Assembly (NCBI GenBank): GCA_007118495.1
Contig: SKRM01000057.1
Span: forward strand, 33,580 to 97,579
Direction of reading: 5' to 3'
DNA: 64,000 nt
Source of the DNA: Bacteroidales bacterium
GTDB lineage: Bacteria; Bacteroidota; Bacteroidia; Bacteroidales; UBA7960
The position numbers and the translations under genes were made by a program. Every line of letters starts with the position of its first letter. Positions within the stretch are counted from its first letter, which is position 1. The notes below the pieces were generated by a model that saw only the letters and a list, made by a program, of their open reading frames with translations, searched no databases and was not told where the DNA came from. This document shows, piece by piece, positions 9,294 through 18,047 of this stretch.

Positions 9294-9582
9294 TGCGTTT
9301 TGGATTTCTGGGTGCGCGGCCCTTCAATACCCGTTCATGCTGGAGAAATATTTCATATGTGCTCCAGAAAAATGAAAATGCAAGGCAGCCAAGCAATATA
9401 GACCAGATGGATGTCAAAAAGAAGGATGCTGCAAGACATCCCAAACCAGGAAAAAACAGCATCCACCAGCTTTTCCTGCCCAGGTGATATTCCATGCGCG
9501 CCACAACCGGGTGAAAAAGTCCGATCATGAAAAATGCAGCCAATCCCACCAGAAACCCTTGCCAATTAATAATATCCCACAT
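9280..9582 (-). CDS. DUF4491-like small membrane protein (copy 1)
   Basis: IGLFHPVVARMEYHLG..WW, FSFFWS..E...QHERVLKG..PRNPKR. Start set at ATG 9582, downstream of the TATTTTTG promoter box. Confidence 0.78.
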   Translation of the reverse strand: MWDIINWQGFLVGLAAFFMIGLFHPVVARMEYHLGRKSWWMLFFPGLGCLAASFFLTSIWSILLGCLAFSFFWSTYEIFLQHERVLKGRAPRNPKRNDYD

Positions 9583-9604
9583 AATCTCTTCACTATTGCC
9601 TAAA

Positions 9605-9612
9605 CAAAAATA
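9605..9612 (-). promoter_or_regulatory. Bacteroidota sigma-A -7 element (TATTTTTG) for the DUF4491-leader-TBDR-MFS-hemG operon
   Basis: Matches TAnnTTTG, 22 nt upstream of ATG 9582; the -33 element is not clear. Confidence 0.5.
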
Positions 9613-9699
9613 AGCAATACCCTTCAGAATTCGGGTGTTTAAGTACAATTATACACTATTTAAAAACGATCTTCGCGATGAAATTCAGCCGAATTGGTT

Positions 9700-9707
9700 T
9701 AACTTTG
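9700..9707 (+). promoter_or_regulatory. Bacteroidota -7 promoter element (TAACTTTG) for the GT2 gene
   Basis: Exact TAnnTTTG match 22 nt before ATG 9730. Confidence 0.55.
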
Positions 9708-9729
9708 GACGTTTCCTATTAATAATCCT

Positions 9730-10644
9730 ATGCTTAGCATCTGTATCCCTGTTTTCAATCAGGATGTCACCCACCTGGTTCATGTACTGCACAATCAGCT
9801 TGATAATTTGGGGGTTACTGCCGAAATCATGGTTATGGATGACGGTTCAGATGACGATATCAGAGAGGTAAACAGATCTGTTCAATCATTGCAGTTGGTC
9901 AGGCTCATAGAGCTGCCTGAAAACATTGGCCGAAGCAAGATCAGAAACCTGTTGGCTGAGCGGGCCACATACGGTTGGCTGCTTTACCTTGATTGTGATA
10001 CACTGATTATAAACAGAGATTTTATTAAAAAATACCTGGCTTACTGCCAGAATGGCACCGTGGTATGTGGAGGCCACGTTTACAGCAGTGAGCCCCCTGG
10101 TTCAAAATACATACTACACTGGAAGGCAGGCACAAAAAGAGAAGTCAGGGCCCTCTCATTCAGACAGGCCAACCCGTATCATGCATTTATGACAGGAAAT
10201 TTTTTGATAAAACGAGACATGTTCGATACCATAAAATTCCATGAAGATCTTGAAGGATACGGACATGAAGACACCCTGTTTGCCTTTGAACTTAAACAGG
10301 CCGGAGTGGCAATTACCCATATAGACAACCCTATTCTGCATAAAGGCCTGGAAGAAAGTGACCAGTTTCTCCAGAAAACCAGAGAAGGCCTTCGCAACCT
10401 CCACCACATATACATAAAAACCAAAGAGGACCAGACATTTGCAGGCATGTCAAGGGTTCTCGACATGTACAGGCGCATAAGTGCAATGAGGTTAGCCGGA
10501 TTATTGGGGTTTACGTTCAAAATATGTAAAAGGCAGTTTGAACGAAACCTGCATGGCAACAGGCCCTCACTAATGTGTTTTGATCTTTATAAACTAGGCA
10601 TGTTTCACCTTGTCGGAAAAAGCACAAGCTGTCAGGATATATAG
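9730..10644 (+). CDS. Glycosyltransferase family 2
   Basis: LSICIPVFN, MDDGS, GRSKIRN, YLDCD (DxD), GYGHED. Confidence 0.9.
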   Translation: MLSICIPVFNQDVTHLVHVLHNQLDNLGVTAEIMVMDDGSDDDIREVNRSVQSLQLVRLIELPENIGRSKIRNLLAERATYGWLLYLDCDTLIINRDFIKKYLAYCQNGTVVCGGHVYSSEPPGSKYILHWKAGTKREVRALSFRQANPYHAFMTGNFLIKRDMFDTIKFHEDLEGYGHEDTLFAFELKQAGVAITHIDNPILHKGLEESDQFLQKTREGLRNLHHIYIKTKEDQTFAGMSRVLDMYRRISAMRLAGLLGFTFKICKRQFERNLHGNRPSLMCFDLYKLGMFHLVGKSTSCQDI

Positions 10645-11609
10645 GTCTCAATAATCCGTGTCCTTTGCTTTGGCAAAAGTTCTATAGCTTTCAAATCAGC
10701 CGGCAACAAGATGGTGTCTCCCGTTTTTACCTCAAGACTTCCTGATGCATACACTATGGTGAAGCTCCCTTCAATGCATACATAGACCACGAATGAATCC
10801 ACCAGAATATAGTCTGTCAGCACCTGCTGGTCAAAATCAAGCAATCTGGTGGTAAAAAATTGGTTGCGTACAAGTTCGACAGGCTCGCCCATGATGGGGC
10901 TGTATGATACCTTATGGTTGCCAGCCTTGAAGTCAAGTACTTCGATCGCTTCTTCAAGGTGTAATTTGCGGACGCCTCCACCGGCGATGGACCGATTCCA
11001 GTCATAAATCCGGTAAGTAATATCAGAAGCCTGCTGAATTTCACACAGGGTGATACCCTTTCCAATGGCATGGATGTGTCCGGGTGGAATGTAGAACACG
11101 TCACCAGCACTAACCTCCTCAACCTTTAAGATTTCTTCAAGCCTTCCCTCTCTCACAAAATGCATGAATTCATCTGATGTGGTATCCCGTTTAAAACCGG
11201 CATAAATCTTTGCGCCCTTTTCTGCCTGCATGACATACCACATTTCAGCTTTGCCCCTGCTTTGATGACGCTCCAGTGCAAAGGCATCACCAGGATGAAC
11301 CTGAACTGACAAAGTATCAGCAGCATCAAGAAATTTAAAGAGCAACGGAAAGGTCGGGCCAAAACCTGCATGGATCTTTTCACCCAACAGGTCACCCATA
11401 TACACCTCTGCCAACTCAGTTAATGCATTGCCTGCCAAAAAACCATTTTCAACCACAGATATATTATTGCTGACACCTGAAAGCTCCCATGATTCCCCAC
11501 AGTTTGGCAGGGGGTCAAAAGATTTACCGGGGAGATGCTTCAACTGCTGCCCTCCCCATATCTTTTCCTTATAAATTGGGATGAATTTTAAGGGATATAA
11601 TTCGTTCAT
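10632..11609 (-). CDS. manA: Type I mannose-6-phosphate isomerase (cupin)
   Basis: KEKIWGG, GESWELS, FPLLFKFLDA..LSVQVHP, KAEMWY, GHIHAIG, EIQQASDITYRIYDW. Confidence 0.9.
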   Translation of the reverse strand: MNELYPLKFIPIYKEKIWGGQQLKHLPGKSFDPLPNCGESWELSGVSNNISVVENGFLAGNALTELAEVYMGDLLGEKIHAGFGPTFPLLFKFLDAADTLSVQVHPGDAFALERHQSRGKAEMWYVMQAEKGAKIYAGFKRDTTSDEFMHFVREGRLEEILKVEEVSAGDVFYIPPGHIHAIGKGITLCEIQQASDITYRIYDWNRSIAGGGVRKLHLEEAIEVLDFKAGNHKVSYSPIMGEPVELVRNQFFTTRLLDFDQQVLTDYILVDSFVVYVCIEGSFTIVYASGSLEVKTGDTILLPADLKAIELLPKQRTRIIETYIS

Positions 11610-12070
11610 CAGGGCCAGAGAATCTTTTCATCATCATCCATGGCTACAGCCCAACTTACCAGGCCCAGTTTGTCACCGTCAAAAACAAACTGCATATGCG
11701 CCTCATGAAAGAATAAAATGCGCTCTTCCAACTCAGGATCATCTTCTACTTCAAAATCACCATAACCGTTTTTTTGCATTAGTGTTATGATGTCCTTTTC
11801 TGGCATGACAAAAACTTTTTCTCCAAAAAGAACGGCCTCTTCATTGTCCGTTTCAAAATTGGTGCACACACTGTCGAGCTCTTTTTCAAAGTATACGGCA
11901 TGGCCCTGATCCCAGTAGCTCCATACTTCAACTTCGTGAATCTCTCCATCCACGTCAAGGGTTTCAACTTCCTGGGGTGGTCCAAGTACCGTTTTGACGT
12001 CATCCTGGCTGGCTCCAAATTTTAGTTCGCCGAACCCTGTTTTTGGCTTGATCTCAGTTATTGTGTTCAT
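11609..12070 (-). CDS. Hypothetical acidic protein
   Basis: 153 aa from ATG 12070, with promoter box TATCTTTG at 12107-12114; stop overlaps the manA start; GFGELKFGASQDDVKTVLGPP motif. Confidence 0.75.
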   Translation of the reverse strand: MNTITEIKPKTGFGELKFGASQDDVKTVLGPPQEVETLDVDGEIHEVEVWSYWDQGHAVYFEKELDSVCTNFETDNEEAVLFGEKVFVMPEKDIITLMQKNGYGDFEVEDDPELEERILFFHEAHMQFVFDGDKLGLVSWAVAMDDDEKILWP

Positions 12071-12203
12071 AATATGTCGATTTGGATGGGTATTGATATT
12101 GAAAGACAAAGATACATGATTTTTTTAGGTGTTCCCGAGCCAAATAATTCAACACAAACTGATCAGAAAGGATACAAACCGGCCCGTGATTGCCTCACAT
12201 TTA

Positions 12204-13007
12204 TTACTTAAAGGGAGCATCCGGCTCCCTGGCCATATGCTTGTATACCAGCTTATCTGTATAACCGGGGCATAATTTGTTCAATAAGACAGTTAGTTTT
12301 CCCTGTCTGGTCAATATGAGTGTCCTCTTTCGCTTTTCAATGGCCCTGAATATTTGTCCGGCCACTTCTTCGGCCGACATCATCTGGTCTTCAGCCCTGG
12401 GAGACTCGCCTTGCATGCTTCCATCACCGGCAAGGGCGGTTTTACGTATGTTTGAACTGGTAAAACCGGGGCATGCTGTCAATACGTGGAGTCCTGTCTT
12501 AAGATTTTCTGTTCGCAGAGCCTCTAAAAACCCCTGCAGTGCAAATTTTGAGGCCGAATAGCCGGTTCTGGCTGGCAGCCCACGGTATCCGGCAATAGAA
12601 GAAACACCAACCACGCTTCCATTGGTCAGCAAAAGATGTGGAAGCGCATATTTTGTGCACCTGACTGCGCCCCAGAAGTTAACATCCATAAGTTTTTCAA
12701 GTACTGAAAGTTCTACATCGGCAAACAGCGCCCGCATCGAAATGCCGGCATTGTTGATCAGGACATCAATGCGACCAAACTTTTCAAGGGTTTTTTCAAT
12801 GAGCTCTCTGCAGTCAGTATCCTGTGAAACGTCGGTTCGAACAACCAAATAAACAGAAGGGTCATGCATTTTTGTGTATTCTTGCATGGACGTTACATTT
12901 CTTGCCCCCACGGCGAGCAATGCACCTTCTCCAAGCGCCCTGATGGCCAGCGCTTTTCCGATTCCTGAAGAAGCACCTGTAATGATAATGACTTTACCTT
13001 TGAGCAT
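12204..13007 (-). CDS. SDR family oxidoreductase
   Basis: ITGASSGIG, NNAG, catalytic YSASK. Confidence 0.92.
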   Translation of the reverse strand: MLKGKVIIITGASSGIGKALAIRALGEGALLAVGARNVTSMQEYTKMHDPSVYLVVRTDVSQDTDCRELIEKTLEKFGRIDVLINNAGISMRALFADVELSVLEKLMDVNFWGAVRCTKYALPHLLLTNGSVVGVSSIAGYRGLPARTGYSASKFALQGFLEALRTENLKTGLHVLTACPGFTSSNIRKTALAGDGSMQGESPRAEDQMMSAEEVAGQIFRAIEKRKRTLILTRQGKLTVLLNKLCPGYTDKLVYKHMAREPDAPFK

Positions 13008-13105
13008 ATTGAGAATGACTTTTAAGGCTTGTAATATGGTTTTACAATATTACATATTTTTGCAATGATATATTTGAACACAATTGTTCTGCCAAGCCTT
13101 GCCCT

Positions 13106-14275
13106 ATGATGCAACTCATCGAAGTACACGACAAGAAAACTGCGGGAGCGTTTTTGTATTTTCCCCGCATCATATACAAAGGTAACCCCATTTGGATTAG
13201 CCATATTGATCAGGACATTGAAGTCATATTTGACCCTGCCAGAAACAAGCAGTTCGAGGCAGGTGAAGCCGTACGATGGATTCTCAAAGACAAGCAGGGG
13301 AATTTGATGGGAAGGGTCGCTGCTTTTATAAACCATAACCTGGCCACAACCCACAGACAGCCCACAGGTGGCATGGGTTTTTTTGAATGTGTACAAGATA
13401 AAGACGCGGCTTTTATGTTATTCGATGCCTGCCGCTCCTGGCTTGAGCATAGGGGGATGAAAGCCATGGACGGTCCAATAAATTTTGGTGAAAAAGAAAG
13501 ATACTGGGGGCTGCTGGTGGATGGATTTGGGCACACCCCACCTTACCTGATGAACTACAACCCCCCATATTACAAAGATTTTTTCGAGGCTTACGGGTTT
13601 CAAAACTACTTTGATCAGTATGTTTATAAAATCCAGGCAGATGTGGTGCTTCCGCCCATTCTTGAAAAGAAATATGAAAGGCTTACAACCACCCAGGGCT
13701 ACCATTTTGAGCATATGAAGATGAGTGAAATCGAAAAATATGCAAGTGATTTCAAGACCATTTACAACAAGGCATGGAGTAAAGCCCACAAACATTTTAA
13801 GCCTATGACCACAGAGCAGGCCATTGCCAATTTCAGAAGCATAAAACAGGTGGCTGATGAAGAGTTGATGGCATTTGCCTACCACCAGGGTGAACCAGTG
13901 GCATTTTTTATTGGAATACCCGAATTAAACCAGCTTTTCAGGTACGTCAACGGCAAACTTAACCTGATGGGCAAGATCAGGTTTTTATACCACAGGTGGC
14001 GCGGTAAATGCAGGGTGATTTACGGACTGGTTTTCGGGATCATACCCGAGTACCAGAACAGGGGCATAGAAAGTGGGTTGGTGATGTATATGAAGCAAAT
14101 GGTAACCCGGACAAAAAAATATGATTCCATGTTTATAACCTGGGTGGGCGATTTTAATCCGAAGATGATCAAGATCGTTGAACATATTGGAGCACAACGA
14201 ATGTTTACCCTTACAACATACCGTAAACTTTTTGATGAAGACGCGGTCTTTGAAAGACATCCTGTAATCGACTAA
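13106..14275 (+). CDS. GNAT-fold (YghO-like) putative acyltransferase
   Basis: GRVAAF, GGMGFFEC, MDGPINF, MNYNPPYY, GIIPEYQNRGI (acyl-CoA-binding-like); TATATTTG promoter box at 13069-13076. Confidence 0.7.
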   Translation: MMQLIEVHDKKTAGAFLYFPRIIYKGNPIWISHIDQDIEVIFDPARNKQFEAGEAVRWILKDKQGNLMGRVAAFINHNLATTHRQPTGGMGFFECVQDKDAAFMLFDACRSWLEHRGMKAMDGPINFGEKERYWGLLVDGFGHTPPYLMNYNPPYYKDFFEAYGFQNYFDQYVYKIQADVVLPPILEKKYERLTTTQGYHFEHMKMSEIEKYASDFKTIYNKAWSKAHKHFKPMTTEQAIANFRSIKQVADEELMAFAYHQGEPVAFFIGIPELNQLFRYVNGKLNLMGKIRFLYHRWRGKCRVIYGLVFGIIPEYQNRGIESGLVMYMKQMVTRTKKYDSMFITWVGDFNPKMIKIVEHIGAQRMFTLTTYRKLFDEDAVFERHPVID

Positions 14276-14351
14276 AAAAATAAAAACGGTGGTGCTTGTA
14301 TCACAGGCCAACATCGGCAGTACATACTGATGGGAAAAAGCCAAAAAAAAC

Positions 14352-14382
14352 TTTGCATTTTTCAAATTTGGGAGTACCTTTG
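14352..14382 (+). promoter_or_regulatory. Bacteroidota sigma-A promoter for the tRNA-Lys pair
   Basis: TTTG (14352-14355), 19-nt spacer, TACCTTTG (14375-14382): consensus -33/-7 arrangement. Confidence 0.8.
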
Positions 14383-14443
14383 CACTCTCAAAAAATAATG
14401 GCGGCAGCCATTTTTTGTTTGAAATCGTTCATTTAAATCACCT

Positions 14444-14516
14444 GACTTGGTAGCTCAGCTGGTAGAGCACGTCCCTTTTAAGGATGGGGTCCTGGGTTCG
14501 AGTCCCAGCCAGGTCA
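14444..14516 (+). tRNA. tRNA-Lys (UUU)
   Basis: Cloverleaf GACTTGG...CCAGGTCA, D arm AGCTCAGCTGGTAGAGC, anticodon arm CGTCC-CTTTTAA-GGATG, T loop GTTCGAGTC. Confidence 0.96.
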
Positions 14517-14537
14517 CAACATATTTTGATTATTCCT

Positions 14538-14610
14538 GACTTGGTAGCTCAGCTGGTAGAGCACGTCCCTTTTAAGGATGGGGTCCTGGGTTCGAGTCCC
14601 AGCCAGGTCA
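14538..14610 (+). tRNA. tRNA-Lys (UUU), identical second copy
   Basis: Same 73-nt sequence as 14444-14516. Confidence 0.96.
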
Positions 14611-14617
14611 CAAAAAT

Positions 14618-14646
14618 ACCCGGTGCATTTGCCCGGGTTTTTTTTA
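14618..14646 (+). terminator. Intrinsic terminator after the tRNA-Lys pair
   Basis: ACCCGG(T)GCA-TT-TGCCCGGGT hairpin followed by a T run. Confidence 0.8.
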
Positions 14647-14671
14647 TCACATCGTGAACATTTGTATTCCC

Positions 14672-15892
14672 CTAAAAGGCTGCCATGAGCAGGTCAATAT
14701 CCTGGTAAGGTATGCGGAAAAATTCACCAATATACTGGTTGGTCAATGTCCCGTTGAATAAATAAACACCTTGTCTTACACCAGGATCACGCTTAAGCAT
14801 ATTTTCAACACCGCCCTCATCTCCTATGGCGAGCAATACCGGAGCAAAAAAGTTACTAAAAGCATAGGAGGCAGTGTTTGGTACCCTTGAAGCAATATTG
14901 GGCACACAATAATGGGTCACACCAAATTTTGAAAAAACCGGATCAGAATGGGTAGTCACTGAGCTTGTTTCAATACACCCACCCTGGTCTATACTTAAAT
15001 CAACAATGATACTGCCTTTTTTCATTTGACTCACCATGTCTTCACTCACTATAACAGGGGTTCTGCCCCAGGGAGAATGAACGGCTCCGATCACCACATC
15101 AGCAGTCTTTAATGCCTTGAGCAATACCTTGGGTTGAATAATTGAGGTAAAAGCCCTTACATTCAAATTATTCTGAAGCCTGCGCAACCTGTATACTGAG
15201 TTATCAAATATCTTCACCATGGCGCCAAGTCCAGAAGCTGCCCTGACAGCTGATTCACCTGCCGTACCTGCTCCGATTATTATAACTTCGGTGGGTGTGA
15301 TGCCCGATAAGCCTCCGAACATGCGCCCCTTTCCGTATTTGCGGTCACTAAAATATTCACTTGCAATAAGTACGGCGGTATTGCCGGCAATTTCGCTCAT
15401 GCTGCGCACCAGGGGAAAAGCATTTGTTTTATCACGGATAAACTCAAAGGCTATGGCAGTAGCCTTTTTGGCCATCAGCCTTCTGAAGTAATCCTCTTTT
15501 TGCATGGGTAAGGCCACGGTAGAGAATATGACTTGTCCCGGCTTTACCAAATCCATTTCCTGGTCGGTAAGCGGGGCTACTTTCAGGATGATGTCAGCCT
15601 GGTAAACTTCATTGGCATTATAAACAATCTGGCATCCGGCCTCTGCATATTCATTGTCGTCAAAGAAGGCGTTTTCACCTGCTTTTGACTGCAATAAAAT
15701 TTCATGGCCATTTTGGGTTAACAAATCTGCAGCCTCAGGTGCAAGAGCAACCCGTTTTTCTTCATAGGTGGTCTCAAGGGGGATGCCAATAACCAGTTTG
15801 TTCTTCCGTTTTTTCACCTCCAGCATTTCCTCCCTTGGGCTGAATTGCAGTGACTTTGAAAACATGATATATTCACTACCTGGACGTTCCAT
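14672..15892 (-). CDS. ald: Alanine dehydrogenase-family protein
   Basis: IGIPLE..EKRVAL, ILKV, MSEIAG, IIGAGTAG, VDLSIDQGGCIETS, THYCVPNI. Confidence 0.8.
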   Translation of the reverse strand: MERPGSEYIMFSKSLQFSPREEMLEVKKRKNKLVIGIPLETTYEEKRVALAPEAADLLTQNGHEILLQSKAGENAFFDDNEYAEAGCQIVYNANEVYQADIILKVAPLTDQEMDLVKPGQVIFSTVALPMQKEDYFRRLMAKKATAIAFEFIRDKTNAFPLVRSMSEIAGNTAVLIASEYFSDRKYGKGRMFGGLSGITPTEVIIIGAGTAGESAVRAASGLGAMVKIFDNSVYRLRRLQNNLNVRAFTSIIQPKVLLKALKTADVVIGAVHSPWGRTPVIVSEDMVSQMKKGSIIVDLSIDQGGCIETSSVTTHSDPVFSKFGVTHYCVPNIASRVPNTASYAFSNFFAPVLLAIGDEGGVENMLKRDPGVRQGVYLFNGTLTNQYIGEFFRIPYQDIDLLMAAF

Positions 15893-15940
15893 AAAAACTT
15901 TATTTACGAAGATGGGGTTAAAAAGCCTGCATCCGGATCA

Positions 15941-16360
15941 TCAAAAAACTACCCGCCTGAGGCCATTTGTTTCTTCCATGCCAACCCTGATATATTCATC
16001 AGGCAGCAACGACTCCAATTTTTCCGGCCACTCAATAAAACAATAGTTTCCGGAATACATATATTCTTCATAACCCAGGTCATATACCTCGGCAATTGAT
16101 TTAATTCTGTAAAAATCAAAATGGTATAAACTTTGGCCATTTTTTGTAGCATAGTGATTGACTATGGAGTAAGTCGGACTGCTTACCAGGTCGATTGAGC
16201 CAAGTTCATGGCATATGGCCTTGATAAAGGTGGTTTTACCCACGCCCATGGCTCCAAAAAAAGCAAAGATCCTTGCATCAGGATGTGACGCAAGCAGGTC
16301 TTTTGCAAGCTTAATCAATTCGCCCTCTGCTGCGATGTGGTATTCTTTTTCTCTGGTCAT
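15941..16360 (-). CDS. tsaE: tRNA t6A biosynthesis ATPase TsaE
   Basis: GAMGVGKTT, SSPTYSIVN, YHFDFYRI, FIEWPE; start approximate. Confidence 0.93.
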   Translation of the reverse strand: MTREKEYHIAAEGELIKLAKDLLASHPDARIFAFFGAMGVGKTTFIKAICHELGSIDLVSSPTYSIVNHYATKNGQSLYHFDFYRIKSIAEVYDLGYEEYMYSGNYCFIEWPEKLESLLPDEYIRVGMEETNGLRRVVF

Positions 16361-16391
16361 CAGCAACTGTAATATCATGCATTCAGGCTCA

Positions 16392-17942
16392 CTATTTTGG
16401 ATGCAGATGCACAAAGGGCACCAACATCTCCTCCAGCGATACCCCTCCGTGCTGGAAGGTGTTCCGGTAATAGTTTACGTAATAATTATAATTATTTGGA
16501 TAGGCAAAAAACCTGTTCTCTCTGGCAAATATAAAGTTTGAGCTCACATTATCTCTGGGCAGAAACACATCTGCAGGATGCCTCACTTCAAACACCTCTT
16601 TGGGATCATACTGCAGGCTTTTCCCGGTTTTATACCTCAGGTTCGTATTGGTGTTTTTATCACCCACTACCCTGGTTGGCTGCTGAACCCTGATTGATCC
16701 GTGGTCAGTTGTAAGTAAAAGCGGGATTTTACGCTCAGCCAGCATCCTGATGATGTCCCAGAGCGGACTGTGTTCAAACCAGCTTATGGTCAGAGACCTG
16801 TAAGCTGCTTCATCATCAGCCAGTTCTTTTATTACCTCCATCTCGGTTCTGGAGTGTGAGAGCATATCAACAAAATTATACACCAGAACATTTAGTTTCT
16901 TATCCATGTAATCACTCAAACTGGCAAGTAGTTTTTTCCCAGCTGTAAGGTTGACTATTTTATGGTAGTTAAAAGGGATACCACCTCCCAGTCTTTTGAG
17001 TTGATCTTCAAGCAGTTCAGACTCAAATTGGTTGCGTGTACCTTCATCAGCCTCCCTGGTCCAGTATTGCGGGAAACGTTTCTGTATTTCACCGGGCATA
17101 AGACCGGAAAACAGAGCGTTTCTTGCGTATTGTGTTGCGGTAGGTAATATGGAGCAACATATTTCTTCTTTCACCACCCTGTACAGCTCTTCAATCTTGG
17201 GCTGTATAACTTTCCACTGGTCGTATCGCAGGTTATCAATAATGATCAAAAATGACTTATTCTCTTTTTTGATCACAGGAAGGCATCTTTCACGGAACAG
17301 GGTATGTGACAATATGGGTTTGTCCTCATCCTGGCCTTTTAACCAATCGATATAATTTGTCTCTATAAACTTGCAAAATACGGTATTGGCCTCGGCCTTC
17401 TGCATCAAGAAAATATCCCTCAGGTTCTCATCACCCGATTTTCCGAGTTCAAGTTCCCAGAACACAAGTTCACTGTAAATCTGCACCCACTCTTTAAAGC
17501 TCAGCGAAGCAGAAAGGCTTGCTCCGATTTGCCTGAATTGCTGCTGATAGGCCATACTGGTCTTTTCACTTACCAGTTTCTTGTTTTCAAGGTTCTTTTT
17601 TAGCGATAAGAGTATCTGATTCGGATTAACAGGTTTTATCAGGTAATCAGAAATATTGCTTCCGATGGCATCGTTCATGATGGCCTCTTCTTCACTCTTT
17701 GTGATCATGACCACCGGAAGGCCCGGATATTTCGTCTTCATCCGCTCAAGGGTTTCCAGGCCTGTGAGCCCCGGCATGTTCTCATCCAAAAATACAATAT
17801 CAAACTGTCTTTCTTCAATCAGATCGAGGGCCTCAGCACCACTACTTGTTGTGATTACTTCATAGCCTTTTTCTCTGAGGAATAAAATATGAGGGGTAAG
17901 CAGATCAATTTCATCATCAGCCCACAAAATGGTAGCACCCAT
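16392..17942 (-). CDS. porX: PorX-type response regulator (REC + PglZ/alkaline-phosphatase domain)
   Basis: ILWADDE..FLDENMPG..ITK receiver domain; IDNLRYDQW, LPTATQYARN, TTDHG, FQHGGVSLEEM PglZ domain. Start at ATG 17942 with TACATTTG box at 17969-17976. Confidence 0.9.
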   Translation of the reverse strand: MGATILWADDEIDLLTPHILFLREKGYEVITTSSGAEALDLIEERQFDIVFLDENMPGLTGLETLERMKTKYPGLPVVMITKSEEEAIMNDAIGSNISDYLIKPVNPNQILLSLKKNLENKKLVSEKTSMAYQQQFRQIGASLSASLSFKEWVQIYSELVFWELELGKSGDENLRDIFLMQKAEANTVFCKFIETNYIDWLKGQDEDKPILSHTLFRERCLPVIKKENKSFLIIIDNLRYDQWKVIQPKIEELYRVVKEEICCSILPTATQYARNALFSGLMPGEIQKRFPQYWTREADEGTRNQFESELLEDQLKRLGGGIPFNYHKIVNLTAGKKLLASLSDYMDKKLNVLVYNFVDMLSHSRTEMEVIKELADDEAAYRSLTISWFEHSPLWDIIRMLAERKIPLLLTTDHGSIRVQQPTRVVGDKNTNTNLRYKTGKSLQYDPKEVFEVRHPADVFLPRDNVSSNFIFARENRFFAYPNNYNYYVNYYRNTFQHGGVSLEEMLVPFVHLHPK

Positions 17943-18047
17943 ATTTTTTTGTATTTTGCAGTTTAAAACAAATGTAACCAAAAAAGCCGAATCAGGCTTT
18001 TGTGGTTTCCCAAAAAATCAGAAACACGGCACTTTTGACATAAACCC

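Noticed and set aside
14441-14613. Direct repeat of about 79 bp resembling an att site or CRISPR repeat
   Set aside because: It is two complete tRNA-Lys genes; there is no integrase, spacer array or cas gene.
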